A stretch of 64,000 nt of DNA. Source: Phoronis australis. Its lineage: Eukaryota > Animalia > Phoronida. Made by a program: the position numbers and the translations under genes. Below are positions 1 through 12,992 of this stretch, piece by piece. The notes under the pieces are model-generated. The model saw nothing but the letters and a program-made list of their open reading frames with translations, searched no databases and was not told where the DNA came from. The first letter of the stretch is position 1. Each line of letters starts with the position of its first letter. The stretch lies in the NCBI GenBank assembly GCA_002633005.1, contig NMRA01000523.1, positions 187,790 to 251,789 on the forward strand, read 5' to 3'.

Positions 1-391
1 GTTTCCTATAAAATTCTCTAGATGAGTGAGTTTCCTTATTTCATCGTGGACCCCACCCCCAGGACCACCAGCTCAGTTATCGAATTAACATGAATAAGCC
101 TTAATTCAGTAAATGTCGTAACATTGCATTGGAAAAAAATTGACACCTAGAATGAATTTTACTTGTTGAGATCAGAAGCACATTTTAAGTGTCATGAAAA
201 ATACACATTGTTAAATCACTTTTAGCCTGTTTCACATATTTTAATTCAGATATTAAATAAGACTTGGGTACAAAGGTTATTAGTTTCTACACATAAACAT
301 GAAGATGAAATGTCAAGTATGTTCTGCCTTACAAAAGTAGTTTTGTCTTGTCTTTTCTTTTACAATTTGCTAATATTTCTATTCTGTTACA

Positions 392-2925
392 GGCAAGAAA
401 AAACAACTGAAACCAACCGCCTGACCATCTATTTCACCGTTGGACAAAGTGAAAAGCAATCCTTCAGCAATAACCTGAGAGAATTGAACGTAATTCAGAA
501 ATTCAGCACCTGATATGCCTGATTATGGACTCCCTCGCAATGTTGTTTCTTTCTGTGCTTTTTCAGTTTGCCATTTGTTTTTAAATACACTGATAATTGT
601 TTATTCTCGAATCTTGTGCATAGCAGATTCTTATCCAGCTAGCTACAATTGAAAACATACAATAAGACAATCGATGCAGTCACTGAATGTCATTTCCCCA
701 TAATCTGTACCAAATTGAAAAGTTTTTACCAATAGTATAAAGCCTTTCTTCTGAAAGGAAAATTTAATGTCACTCAGCTTTTGGCTTTCATTTCACTGGG
801 TTCTAGTTTCAATGGCCTATAGAAGCGCTTGTAAAAAAGGTCCAGTTTCAACACGTGGCTTTCTTTCATGTAACCTCATTCAGCCTCAATAACATCCACA
901 ATTAGACCCTTGAAGGTAAACACAGCAGCATATCACTTGAATCGTTTTGAGCCCAAAATCAGACTCTGAACTAGACCAGAGTGTGACTAGGTCTTCTTTA
1001 GCTTCAGTCCCTCATGTTTCTTCCAGGAAAGGAAATAAGCTATTGTCCACACATGACTCATTGCCTATGAAAGGGCATCCTCACCAACAAGGCTTATTTG
1101 TGTAGCAGTCAGATATAGTTCGTCTGGATACACAGACACTCCACTGGCACATTGTCTTATGGTAACTTAGTACTGCGATTAACATTTCTCCAGGGCCACT
1201 GACTTGCACATTGTGCCATGCAGCACTGCTGGTGTGTGGAAGTGCTGTGGGAAGAGAACGGAGTAACAAAGCTTGTCTATGATACAGCTTGAAGTGGCCT
1301 TAAAATGTCACTGAACCTGGAACAAATATTGAAATATGAATAATTAAGTACTCCAGATTGGATCAAAAATGTTATCCCTGTTTTTCAAAAATATATGGTG
1401 ATTGGTCTACAGTTTCACATAAAAGTAAATAATTACTATTTTCAGAAACCAAGGGTGTATATAATGAGTATTGCATAAAACTGTGTCTTTATTTTTTATC
1501 CCTAGCCATAACAATTCTTTAAACGCATCACTTGTCTGTAAAATATACAAGTTTTTTGAGACAACTTCAAACCTTTGTTACCCATTTTCAAGCCTTTTTA
1601 ATTTTGATACTTTCAGCAATTTTAAACTCAGATTACAGGTTCATGGGTCTGTCAAGCATACTTCTAGCCTAAGGTTGAGGGAACCGTTTTTCTTCTAATA
1701 GAAGATATGAAGACTTGGGTCATTTAAAAATGATGGATAATCTTTCTGTTGTTTAAGAGTAATTACAAATCGTAAGGCACCATCAAAAATGCAATTTTCA
1801 CAAAAATGGCAGTCATTTGAATTTATAACGACTTGCAACATTTCAAGGCATGAGTTAAGACTATTCAGTCACTGTGAATTCGGAAAATGTAATATATTTT
1901 CGTGGTTTTACAATTGATACAAGTAGCAAAACAGTTTCATGAAATCAACTTGAAGGGACTTCGTGAAGGTTAAGAATTACCTCACCATGCTCTTTTCCCC
2001 AAACATGTATTACCTGTTATTTCCACACATTCAGTTGTACCAAATATTACAACCCCCCATGCCAATCCCCCCTCAGGACCTGAATAAGTAATTTAACAAA
2101 AGGACTTTAAAAATAGCTGTTCCTTTTCAAAGGCTTTGTTCGTTGTCTCCAATATTGAAAGTAGGCTTTGACAACAGATCTGCACTGGATGGGAAGATCT
2201 TGTTGGTTAGCTGCAGTCAAATGCTAAAAACCAATTTTTGTCCATTCAGGGACGGTGCAGAAGCGATGCATATCTCCTCTGCACGGTACAAGCCTTCAAA
2301 CCTAAAAACCAAAGGTTACGTGAAAACTGACGTGATAGATTTCCATTTCAACGTGTAATAGATTTCCAGTAGACATATGATAGGGAGTAAACAAATTGTC
2401 TAATGCAATGGATATTTATCACTCACGTACCCTTTGCCATTGGGATTGGATTGTAATCTTCATTAACCTGTATCGTGTTGACAGCATAAACATTCAGCAT
2501 TGATTGATGTAACTGTCACTGATAAACTTTTAGAAATCATTCCAAACAATAATAACGCTTTGATGTACGAAAAGATCCCGATTGCTACGTCAAGTATCGT
2601 ATCACAATCACAACATACAAAGATTAACCAGAGTCTGGCTGGCGACTGACTGCCGCGAAGTCGACATCGGCGAGTGCCTCAGTTAACAGGCATTGGTAGA
2701 AAAATCATGGAATAATCGTTAAAATAACCACAAACCTTACCTTTGTATGAGGTCGTGCTTACTTCCTCTCATAGAAGCACCCTTTTTACGCAATCTCAGA
2801 TTCAGTTGGCACGGCTGCAAGCCATTTCACCATGTATTTAAAGGGCTCGCGAAATCGAGGCTGTTAATCTATCACCACTAGTACACGCACGCCCTCTAGT
2901 TAATGTAGATTTTCCGAATAGCCCC
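392..2925 (-). mobile_element. Decayed ISL2EU-like (PHIS group) DNA transposon: SAP-...-YqaJ/lambda-exonuclease pseudo-ORF on -, weak THAP C-terminal remnant on +
   Basis: Minus ~2830-2740 reads LRKKGASMRGSKHDLIQR|gtaag (SAP motif). Minus ~1145-790 reads SGVSVYPDELYLTATQISLVGEDAL* ... LKLKKT*...VFTFKGLIVDVIE...LKLDLFYKRFYRP, matching the YqaJ pattern (GLxVxPxxPYLxASPDGLVG..EVKCP; LKLKxxHxYYxQ; KLxxFY) with stops. Plus 392-440 reads GKKKQLKPTA*PSI (like the THAP LKxxAVPSIF end). Candidate terminus AT|GGGGCTATTCGG at 2925 on -. Confidence 0.6.
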
Positions 2926-3660
2926 ATTGGCAACGTTTTCAACTGAAGCTAGTAAAACTTTCTCGGATTGCAAATTTTATACGTAAAGTTAAGATCCCGT
3001 GAACAGCTACTCGGTGTCACTTCTCAACGTTATGAATCCATCCGTGGGGCCATATTTCATGAGGTTAATAGTTATATGCTAAGCCAGATGTAGTACATAA
3101 GTCTGGAACCTCAAACAATTAGCACCCTAAGAACACGGCATTGTCCCCCTTGATGTAGGACGTATAAAGTGTTGTAAACAATTATTTATTAAGGAAGAAT
3201 CCAGTCAATACCCAATGATTGACCAGTAAGCTGTCTGTGTTACAAGATCACGCATCATTCTGGGTAGTTTAACCCTGCCACCGGGCGCAGAAGATTTAGC
3301 ACGCATGGCAACTCTTAAAGCTCAACCAAATTATCTTTGCTAAGTGTACCTATATGTGCATGTGATCGAAGTGCACTTTCGTGGTAATATTTCTTTGGGG
3401 GTAATGAGAGTTCTTGCAGTGAGACAAGATCTTAAGAAATTAAGTGGGATGATGTGTGGAGCAAGACCCTTCTTCGGACAATGTATGATGTAACTTATTT
3501 GAGAAGTATCAGATGACGCAAGGTGTTCTCTATGTGGCAAGTGGTGAAGCTTGGAGCATATACTCCCAACCTAAGTTGTCGCCTTAGCAAATGGACAGCG
3601 CACATGGCGTCACGTCTAAGTAGTAAGGGTAATAGCAAGCTATGCTTATTGATTAAGAAA

Positions 3661-3745
3661 CTAGATGTAAACCAAGATCTACGAGCAAGTAACTTCAATT
3701 CAAACTAGACGTAAACCAAGATCTAAGAGCAAGAAACTTCAGTTC
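3661..3745. repeat. ~45-bp tandem duplication (2 copies)
   Basis: ctagatgtaaaccaagatctacgagcaagtaacttcaattca followed by ctagacgtaaaccaagatctaagagcaagaaacttcagttca. Confidence 0.85.
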
Positions 3746-4477
3746 ATCAATATCCGAAAGGCCTGGTGAGCACATGCAGCGACAATCGAAGAAACCCGTC
3801 CATGTAATTATTCATACTGCAAACGATGGGAAGATGATCACTTGATTATGTAGCCGAGCTCTGGCATGGTTCCCAATTTCGTCCTTCACCGGTCGACATC
3901 ATTGGCCAGAGGACATGCAATGTCTGAGTACGTAGTAGCCTAATTTGGGTAGAGTCAGGCACGCCTCCACCACGGCGGCAACTTTCGTAGGTTGTTGCAG
4001 AAGATAGGCCAGGAGACGTGCGCGCCGAAGGCAATTTCAATTGCCCTCCCGGTGCGCGACAATCTGAAGTTGAAGACCAGGTCTTTGTGCAGTTTTGAAG
4101 TGTCCCTTTTGGCTGTAAGGATTCACCATCCATGTTCTCAGTGGAAAGCATCAAATCTGGTCAACAGTTTCGTCTTATCACGGATTTGTCGACAACTGGC
4201 AATTTATCGACGTCCAGTAGTTCCAGCGCGCTATATATCGAGAGATTAGTTAGCGAAGCTGTGAAGAGTTGAACACCGAGGCATAGTCAGAGGCAGACCC
4301 GGATCCTCCCGTGTTACAATAGATAAATCTGTAATTGGTACCGCCTAGATGCGATTAGAATTATCGATAAAAAGTCTCTGTGCTTGACGTATTCACTGTT
4401 TCTCTTGTTTTGTTTAATTGATCCGTGTCGCGAGGGTTTTATGTTTCATAATCAGTTCTTTATGCTATGTTTTACAG

Positions 4478-4573
4478 GCACACATTGGCTTTGGGAAGTT
4501 GTGTCGATGCTCCTGACCGACGCAGATGACCTACTACAGGTTACTAAAGAAGGAGCTATGTTGGAAAATAACT
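4478..4573 (+). CDS. SULT: Cytosolic sulfotransferase, internal exon A (follows the 5'-PSB loop)
   Basis: tttacag|GC ACA CAT TGG... gives GTHWLWEVVSMLLTDADDLLQVTKEGAMLENN|gtaag. GT(H)W is the end of the (Y)PKSGTxW PAPS loop. Phase 1 at the end joins exon B in frame. The upstream exon was not found in the window. The symbol is family-level only. Confidence 0.85.
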
Positions 4574-4811
4574 GTAAGAGCACGCTTACAACGGCCTTGG
4601 TGACCCATTTGCAGTAAAATAGGCTTGCCTGCTGGTTTGATAGAAAACAGTGCATGTTTTGTTGCCCTTGGGTCTTGGAAACTCAAATCAGGAATTTCGA
4701 TAGTGGAGCGTGACATGCCTATATACATGTACGTAACATATATTAACTGCACTAGGGTTACAACCGATTTTTGACACATTAAAAATAGTACATGGAGCTA
4801 GAGAATCCTAC

Positions 4812-4925
4812 ACGAGTCTTAGGTTTATGACTTCTTGGAAATTTTGTCAAAATTCTGAGGCTTGCCGAGGGATTTTGACACAATTTTTAAGAGGTTTCGC
4901 CCATGTCATTAACTTGAGACGAGTG
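4812..4925. repeat. Short palindromic (foldback) element, Crypton-like non-autonomous type
   Basis: Inverted arms gtcaaaatt / gattttgac around a central ctgaggcttgccgagg. The family label is an inference. Confidence 0.45.
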
Positions 4926-5170
4926 AAGGATTTGTTTTCTCACATGAACAGTAAAAACAATCTTTATTGCAGAAAAACTCGACGTGTCCCAAACTTTCAC
5001 TGACTACATGACGCAACTTTGTAAAAACACGCTTGCGCAATGTAAAGTAGACTCAGTTACTTTTTGTTAATGGTTTTATTTTAAACTGAACAATTGTAAG
5101 GTGCATCCAGCTTTCGTAACAAATATTCAGGTTTTACCCTAATAATTAGTCTTTGAAATTGTAACATTAA

Positions 5171-6786
5171 AGGAGAATGCCACCCGATTTAATTAGTCTT
5201 TTTTGCCGTCTTAATCGGTCTATATCCACATCGCCTCGCATACGATCGACCTTACCTTGCCGAGAGGTGTCGCGTTAACCTGTGAGGAAGGTGAGAAACG
5301 AAGCAGTGACGTCAGTGGTTCATTTACATAGTTAATGCCGTTATGTTGCGGTGTATCGTTCACGCTTGTCCGAACTATGCAGCTGCAAGGAAAGCGGTTA
5401 TATCGTTTTTTCGACTTCCTCGAAAGTCCGAAATGCTTAGGAAGTGGCTCACGGTGGTGAAGAATGAAAAGTACGCTGTAAATAGCAAGTATGAGGCCGT
5501 GAAACATCTCCGTGTCTGCGGCCTGCAGTCGTAGCGGGACAGTGCCTGACGAATGCCGGCTTATCAAATAACTGTCCATACGTTCCGTTGTCTGAGCTTG
5601 TTCACGGCTCCTCTCTAGTGTTTCTTCATCTCTAAATTCCGGTTCGAATTGATAGCCTGTGAAACTTTACGATTCACCAGCGAAGTCTTCGTCGGGATGA
5701 CCTCTCGTCTTAGTCGGTATTGCGAGTCCATGTTGACGTTTATTACTGAGCGTTCTATTTCAAAATGAATTATTCTCACCCTTACCAATACTTATATAAA
5801 ACTGATACAAAGTGTGTCTCATTAGATGCAATTTGTAATGCCTTTGGAGTGTTCGTGAGTGCAAATGATTTGAGAAGCTAGCAATGAATAAATCAATACG
5901 TTGCCGGCTTTAGGACGTGCAATAAAACTAATTGACGGGACTCCGAGGGAGTAGGGGAGGTCATGCTTGCTGACAGAAACCTGTTTTGAAACAACTCGAT
6001 TTCTATCCCACGGCCGGGTGTTAGGGGAATCTTTATTTACATTTACATTATTAAAATAATGATTGTACACATTCTGCCCTGACGGTTCTGTGGCCAAAGC
6101 GGAACCTGAATTCGCGACCCCCGACGGGGAAGCTGAGTAGATTTGCAGTGTCGTGGCTAATTCACCAACATAATCACGGCGAGCAGTTTACTTCTTTGGC
6201 TCACTACTAGTATAGTATTTTTGACTGGAAGTTTAGTTTCCAACTATGGCTGGTTTATGTTCGTGATGTCTGATCAGGTTCCGAGCCACTGGCCAGGATA
6301 ACAAGCGTTTTGTGTGTTTAGAACTCAAAAATCACAAGTCTAAACAGCACATATCAAGGTTCTCCTGTCTGTATCTCACGGAAAAATACTTCGAATTTAT
6401 CTCCGAAAAGACCCAAACTCCTGCTACGGACCTTATTGGCCTGCCGAACTTTGTAGGCTACGGTGTCCAAATACCAGTAAATCCTTAACAGCGAAATAAA
6501 ACAAAACACGTTTTTATAAGAACTCGGTGTATTTTTAAGGGTTTTACATTGAAGTTTGATGTTTTATTGGTTTTAAACGATGAACTCAAGCAATAAGCTG
6601 ACACCAGTAACCCGTGTTTTGAACTGCTGAACAGACTGCGTGTGAAACCAATTTCGTCATTGGATAATTTCAACACCTCCGTCTGCCGTCAGGTGTCAGG
6701 TAACGCAACCGTACGTGCCCTTATGGAGTAGAACTACTCGATCTAAATTGATACAAATTAGGTTGTTTTTTGGGTGGCATGCTCCT
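5171..6786 (+). mobile_element. Non-autonomous Kolobok DNA transposon (copy 1) with THAP N-terminus (+) and KolX-like N-terminus (-)
   Basis: TTAA|AGGAGAATGCCACCC ... GGGTGGCATGCTCCT|TTAG (15-bp TIR, 1 mismatch; TTAA-type target). 5343-5534 MLRCIVHACPN...FFRLP...KW...RVC is a truncated THAP. Minus ~5700-5570 reads FTGYQFEPEFRDEE. Confidence 0.8.
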
Positions 6787-6919
6787 TTAGTTATCTTACT
6801 GACATCATGACAAATCATTCAAACGGTTTTCGGAACTATCCATATGTTCTGTTGTCTGTGCACATTCACGGAGCCTCTCTATTATTTCTTGATCAGTGTA
6901 TTCCTGTGAAATCTCAGAT

Positions 6920-7372
6920 GCAATAAACTAATTGACCGGGCACCTAGGCCGTGTGAACGCATGCTAATTCAGTGTTTGCTGACAGAAAGCTATTGTAAAA
7001 CAATAATTCGATTTTATATCCTATGATCAGATGATAGGAGAATCTTTATTTAGATATTCATATACATTATTCGAATCATTATTACTGTACAACTTTTTCC
7101 TTGACGGTTCTGTGGAAGGGTAACCTGATTCGCGGCCCACGCGGAGCTACATGTAGTAAGTAGATTTGCATTTTCGCGTCTAATTCAACAAAATAATCAC
7201 GTGCACCTTTTTCCTTTGGCTCACTAGTATAATCTTTTCGTGACTAGAAGTTTAGCGATGGGCCTGATCGGGTTCCGAGTCACTGGCCGGGATAGCAAGC
7301 GTATTGTGCGTTTAGAAGTGAAAAAATGCAAGTCTAAAATGACACACAGCTGTGTTCTCCTGTCTGTACTTC
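6920..7372 (+). mobile_element. Internal fragment of the same Kolobok family
   Basis: Colinear similarity to 5920-6378 and to the reverse complement of ~30670-31180 (e.g. gcatgctaattcagtgtttgct, ggttccgag(t/c)cactggcc, ttctcctgtctgta). No TIRs. Confidence 0.75.
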
Positions 7373-8019
7373 ATGAATGATTAGAATTCATCCCATGCGC
7401 GTTGAATCTGTCTAGGGAAATACGGCCATGTAATAAACTATTCACCTCCCGCACTACTTCAACAGTGACCTCTGACATGGAAAGTTCTAAAGGTAGGTCA
7501 ATGTTAACTCGACTTCGTTAGCCGGTTCAATCACCAAACTTTCGGAAAATAGCTTAAAGTAATGCAATCATAGCAATGTAAATACCCTCAACATACATGT
7601 ACAATCAAGTCTCAAACGTAACATCTGGAACAGGACTGTTAATTATATGACTGCTTTGTCTCAGTTTTCATTTGCTAAATATTTTATCGTCTGCAACTCA
7701 GGGGCCGATTCCTCGATAACTATTGTTGTTACAGTATTTAACTATTTTCAGGAGATGTTACAAGTTCAATGAAAAGTTACCTTTGTTTTTCATCTTTGTC
7801 AGCCCTTTTCAAGTACATGTAATAAATCGTCACATTTGAAACTGTTTCTTTAACTAGAGAAAGCTTGCAACCTAATGCGCAAGTACATATTACATATAGG
7901 ATGTGATCCGTCACGTGAACAGCCTGAGTGAAGTATTTAAAAAATATGTGGAAATAATGAAATAAACTTATGAATTCGAAGCGTATGGGATAAATACAAA
8001 AGGTACCTTGATCGGTGTT

Positions 8020-8118
8020 CATGAAGTAATATCTCACGAAACATTATAACGCGTATTGACCGAGACCGAAGGTCGAGGTCGAATCGCGGAACAATGTTGA
8101 GTGGGACATTACTTCATG
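8020..8118. repeat. Short palindromic (foldback) element, Crypton-like non-autonomous type
   Basis: catgaagtaat...aacatt...gaccgagaccgaaggtcgaggtc...aatgtt...attacttcatg forms a ~100-bp imperfect hairpin. Confidence 0.55.
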
Positions 8119-8184
8119 TACGCTTCTCTCTGTAAGTTTTTTGTAGTCACATAAAATCTACGAGAAAACTCTGTGTATTTGCAG

Positions 8185-8397
8185 ATGCAGAAACCTTAGA
8201 GAGTCTTTCGTCTCCACGTGTAATCAATACCCATCATTTCAGTTACATATTGCCGGCTGCAATTTGGAACACACGTTACAAGATAATCCATCCCATGCGC
8301 AATATCAAGGATATTCTCGTATCGATGTACCATCATTTTAAGGGGCTGGGATATGTTAAAGGCTCGTTCGAATTTTTCATGGAAATCCGAAGCGAAG
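8185..8397 (+). CDS. SULT: Cytosolic sulfotransferase exon B (catalytic His, 3'-phosphate-binding motif)
   Basis: ttgcag|AT GCA GAA... gives AETLESLSSPRVINTHHFSYILPAAIWNTRYKIIHPMRNIKDILVSMYHHFKGLGYVKGSFEFFMEIRSE|gtaac, matching the SULT motifs SPRxIxTH and RNPKDxxVSxYH. Confidence 0.92.
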
Positions 8398-9258
8398 GTA
8401 ACATTTGAATCGACAAGGCTTTAGTTGTTACAAGTTTTGAACTATTAACTGTGAGTGACGACATAGGAGGACTTAGGATCGAGAGTGCCCGACCCCCTAT
8501 ACACAGGACCACGAATAAGCCGTTTTTAGGGGTTTCTCCAATATTTTCATTCGAAGTTGCGGTTGTGCCTTTTATCTGCCAGTCGTGCACTTGCAATCCC
8601 GCGTGAAATATTCCCACCATTTCCTTGCCACATCTATCAAATTCAGTTTGTTAAAATAAGCCTAGTAAGGCCATACATAGAAAGAGGGGAAATTGGTCAT
8701 TTTAAATGTTTGTTCTCTTGTCATCTATATTGAATTAATGACTGCGCACAGTTGTTATCAGCTAACAGCGGATTGGTACTTGTCAGAGGATCATTATGAA
8801 AAATCTTACCGAATTGTCTCAGGGGTTATTTAATAAAAAGTGACATAAGACCTCAGAAATTTTGTCTTGCGCTCGGCAGAAAATTAAAGAAATACCACTT
8901 AATGAGCAAAAGTGCGAAGACTAAGAGAATATACACATGACTGCTGCGTGCTGATCTGTTAGATATGAACTATTTTAGGACTGTGATACGCCCAAAATTA
9001 CTTGGCTAAACTTTTTTTAGCAATTGCGAAGCGGGACATTAGGACTAAATTTGTTTTACTTTAAAATGTTAAGTCACTTTCATAAAAAAGCGTTCGTGTC
9101 CTAATAAAAACGTTCAAGAAAAAAATATCTAAAGCCTGAAATCTCTAGATGGAGGGCTGATATCAGCTTAATACTCTGTCAGATGGTACGATTGCTTTAG
9201 ACTGGGTGAACACTGCCTCTTCATATGATGATATTTCTTGTGTTTTATGCTTTTTAAG

Positions 9259-9356
9259 ATATTACCAAATGGTGGCTACGTTACGAAGAAGACTGGTTTT
9301 CCAAACATGGCAAAAATCCAAATGTGCTCTTCTTGCACTACGAAGATATGGTGAAA
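9259..9356 (+). CDS. SULT: Cytosolic sulfotransferase exon C
   Basis: tttaag|AT ATT ACC... gives DITKWWLRYEEDWFSKHGKNPNVLFLHYEDMVK|gtaagt, with the NVLFLxYEDM motif. Phases are compatible on both sides. Confidence 0.92.
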
Positions 9357-10029
9357 GTAAGTACATGTACACTGTACATAGAGTGCCAAAAATTGTTCTC
9401 CCATTTCATCCTAACGCCAGGATCAGACTGCATGGTCTATTGTATGGTTACACAGTACTGTGAACCGTCACTCTCTCTGCATGCACGGGAATAACAAAAG
9501 CAATTTGTTTACTTCGATCACTGCCATTCAAGTAAAAGGTGGTTGTCATACTACGTAACAGTAAACTGAAAGGGGTTTCCCTGATTTCAACTAATGGGAA
9601 TGACTGAATGTTTGACGTCATTTCATTACTTTAACCAATGAGAAGCCTTGTTAAACAACATTCGAGAGTGCTACCTTTCGTAGCACTGTAAAACAATGCA
9701 TTGGAAGCGGACGCTTCACCAAAGGTGCGTGTGCGTGTAAATGAATTTTAAAAAAATGACTCGTGTGAGATTTTTTGCACCAGTGCCGTACATGTATAGA
9801 TCACAGATAATGTCACACAAGACGGAATTCTGGGAGGTGGCCTGTTGAGTAGGGCGTGGACCTACATTATAGAGGCCATGATCAAAAAGGCACGGGTCCA
9901 GGAATTAGTCAGAACTGATTGCATGTTGTCACTGGACGTGTCACAGAGCAGCTAGGTAGATGTGCTAAATAAGATGTCTTGCAGCTTGAGGTCGGTAGTA
10001 GCTGTGCGATACACTGGCAGGTCCTGAGA

Positions 10030-12200
10030 CATCATGGGCAGAACGCATTTGACTGATTTAAAAGTCCCCCACAGCAAATGACGCCATTATAGTCGTCTGA
10101 GTTGAAGAGGATGCAAAATCCAGAAACGCCATCAGTCGCCACGTTGAACATGCTTTTCTGGTATTGGATGCCTGTGGTGAATTCCCATGAGGAGAGGTAT
10201 TTAGCCTGAAGAGGGAAGCACTCAGTGTAGGTGTCCAAGAATGAAATCAAAGGTTAGTGATCGACGTAAGGCGTGAATGGGTGGCCTAGAAAAAGAATCT
10301 GAAATGCTTAATTGTAGTGTAGGCAAACAAACACTCACAGACGAAAGCGTCAGGAAGTTTTCGATAGAATATGAGGAACCTGTGAACCATCTTGACACTG
10401 TTCCAGTTGACTGCCTATGCATCTAATGGGGGACTTGTGAGTGAATTTGGGATGGGGTGTGATATGACAATACGGCCTCTTCCTGGGCGTTTCTTGTTGG
10501 GTTTTTCACAAGAGGCTTGGCACTCTGTTGGTCAGTCAATCGTTCGGCGTTTATTGATTTCTTGAATATGGAGAGGGGTTGGATATCAGCTATGGGTGGA
10601 ATAAAAGGACGATAATGAACTCATCAGTCCTAGAATCCGATTCAGGCGCTTTTGTCGGGGGAGCACAATCTCGGAAGAGAGGCCTCTCAGTTTGAGAACG
10701 GAGGAACTCCTTGGACATTAGTGTCCTATTGACATGGAGTAAGATGAAATCCACCACAAGGCCACCGAAGAACCACATGGTCTTGTTGATGGCAATTCGA
10801 CTAGAAGAAAGGAGCTTAAAAATATGAAGAATGGATTCTAAATGCGAGTGAGAGCAATTGGCCACCATAAAATTGTCACAGTATATAAAAGTGAAAGAAA
10901 TCTCCAGTAGACTATTACCCATAAGGCGCTCAAAAAAGCTTTTGCAGCGCCCTCGAGTCCAAAGGACATAATATTGTGAAATTTACAGAGTACGAAAGGG
11001 GTGTTAATAGCAGATCTATGGCGGAAGAAATATAGCATACTGTCAGATGGTTTTTTGAAATCCAGAATATGCTGGCAATTATATCGGTGGTCCGTAGTTG
11101 AGGCATTCGTGTGCATCTAGTCACCACAGAGCCACCAAAGACCCCCCCCCCCGGCATGAGGACGAAATAGAGTAGTTCATGGTGACTTGGGCAGACGAAT
11201 GACTTCCATGTGTTTCATCCGCAGGCTCGTGCGTGAACTGGTGGTCCGTGAGCTGAGTGCTTATTGGCATTGTGACGCAAGTACCTTCGGCAACTGTTGG
11301 AGGAGATTAGAGTTACTGATTGCGTGGGATGAACAGAGAGAACTGCAAAGTTCGGGGGATTTTAGTGTTTCTAAGAAAAAAAAACAGAGGATTATAAATG
11401 TTTCTAAGGTCGATGATGATGGGGCCATTGAAACAATCAACACCAAGAATTTAGCAAGTGACTGGGCGAGACAACATTCACGATTGCTGCGTTCCTATGG
11501 GATGAAATACTCAGGAAAAGTGCGTTTGCGTTAGTTGTCCCATCAGCAGCTGCAGATAGTAGTGTGGATTGCGGATTAATTTACCGTCACTTGCTGAGGC
11601 AGCATAAAGCACCAGTGTCGGTTAAAAAGGAATGACCGGCGCGTTTAACAACCATTGAGAACGTATCGAAGTTAGAAACTCCGGCTGTTGCGTTTTTCTG
11701 GTTGATTGTCTTGTACGTGCAGGCAAATTCGTCACGATCAATGTTCATTTTAGAGTCTGGTGTTCGCCATGCAGGGCGTTGTTTCTGCGCGTGGGCGTAG
11801 ACGGTCTCTTGCCCCTAAGACCATAGTGGACCAGGAGTTCGCTATTTTTCCGGAGATTTCCCCAATTGTTCGATAAAAGCTGTCTTTACAGTGCCATACG
11901 TGTTCGTATGGGCCCCCTATCATGGTTGACAGGGATAGGTGACACTCCTCCGCTGTGATAACATCAACAACGCTGACGAGATAATCGTATTTTGTTTGAT
12001 CTTTACCAACTCCTTTAGTGATAATCGAGTCTGTAATTTGCCTTGCCAGTCCTCGGACGACTTGTTCAAGAATTTTTTGGGAACAGCTTTGACTTGGATT
12101 GACTGAACAACAGGAGTCTGAAGGCGAAATCTACAAGTTTCGTTTCACCAGATTTCCCTTTCGCCGTTTCAACCTATTTCTGCGTCGGGGTAACTAGTGG
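10030..12200 (-). mobile_element. Heavily decayed non-LTR retrotransposon (LINE) antisense in a SULT intron
   Basis: Fragmentary RT-like words on -: SAINTP..L.K....FGLEG (cf. SAFNTI..LL.KL..FG), QGVPP..RPLF (cf. GVPQGSxLGPLLF), RRSLTFDF (cf. LDRSLTF). Many frameshifts; boundaries approximate. Confidence 0.45.
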
Positions 12201-12992
12201 AGAGTTAAGTGTGAGTAACGAACAGTACCGCAAGCGTTGGATAAGATTTATTGCGTCACCGGGAACAGTGTACACTTCCGGAAACTAAGAAAATGAAAAA
12301 ATTAAGTAATCTGATGGAATCGTTACAATAGCCAAATGAATGTTCACGTGATTTCGCCTAAAACTTATGCGTGACCCTAATACAACGTGGATGCACATAC
12401 AGTACGTCTGCGCACAAAAACAACAAAGTACCTAATAAAAAATATATATATTTTAGGTTTCAGGGCGACTGCATGAAAAGCTGATGTTTTAGTCTACTTC
12501 TCAGTTATACATTACATCTGTCGCAAATGAGAGGTACCTCTGTCCTGCGTCAATGTACAGTAACGCAGACAAATTAGTGAAACGAGTTTGAGTTTTATCT
12601 CAGTTAAAAGGTTTTTTCAAGGTGTATTAGTTTTAGGTGATGTGACACTGGTTATGGACTTCTGTGGTTTTGATGAAAAGGTAAACAGTTACAGTGTATG
12701 TAAAATAAAATGGAAGCCATATCTTAGACATTTGTGTCAGCTTTTTTGAAATTTTGTCTTGAATATTGTATTCATTATGATCTTTAGGCCATGTTACTTT
12801 TGTGGCTGCTTGTCTGTGAATGTTAATTTTATTTTCGTGCAAAACCGTACTTAAGCGAGACGCAAGAAATTTATTACTTTCAGAAAACACAGGCTTTTGT
12901 TGAACGCAATTTTGTAGATATTTGACAAGCAACTGACAATAAAGCTACTGAAAGTTATTTCCTCTAGTACCATGGTTTGCATGTCGTTGCAG

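Noticed and set aside
3151-4318. Candidate solo LTR (TG...TGTTACA, TATA-like ctatatat at ~4231)
   Set aside because: No matching TSD, PBS or second copy in the window.
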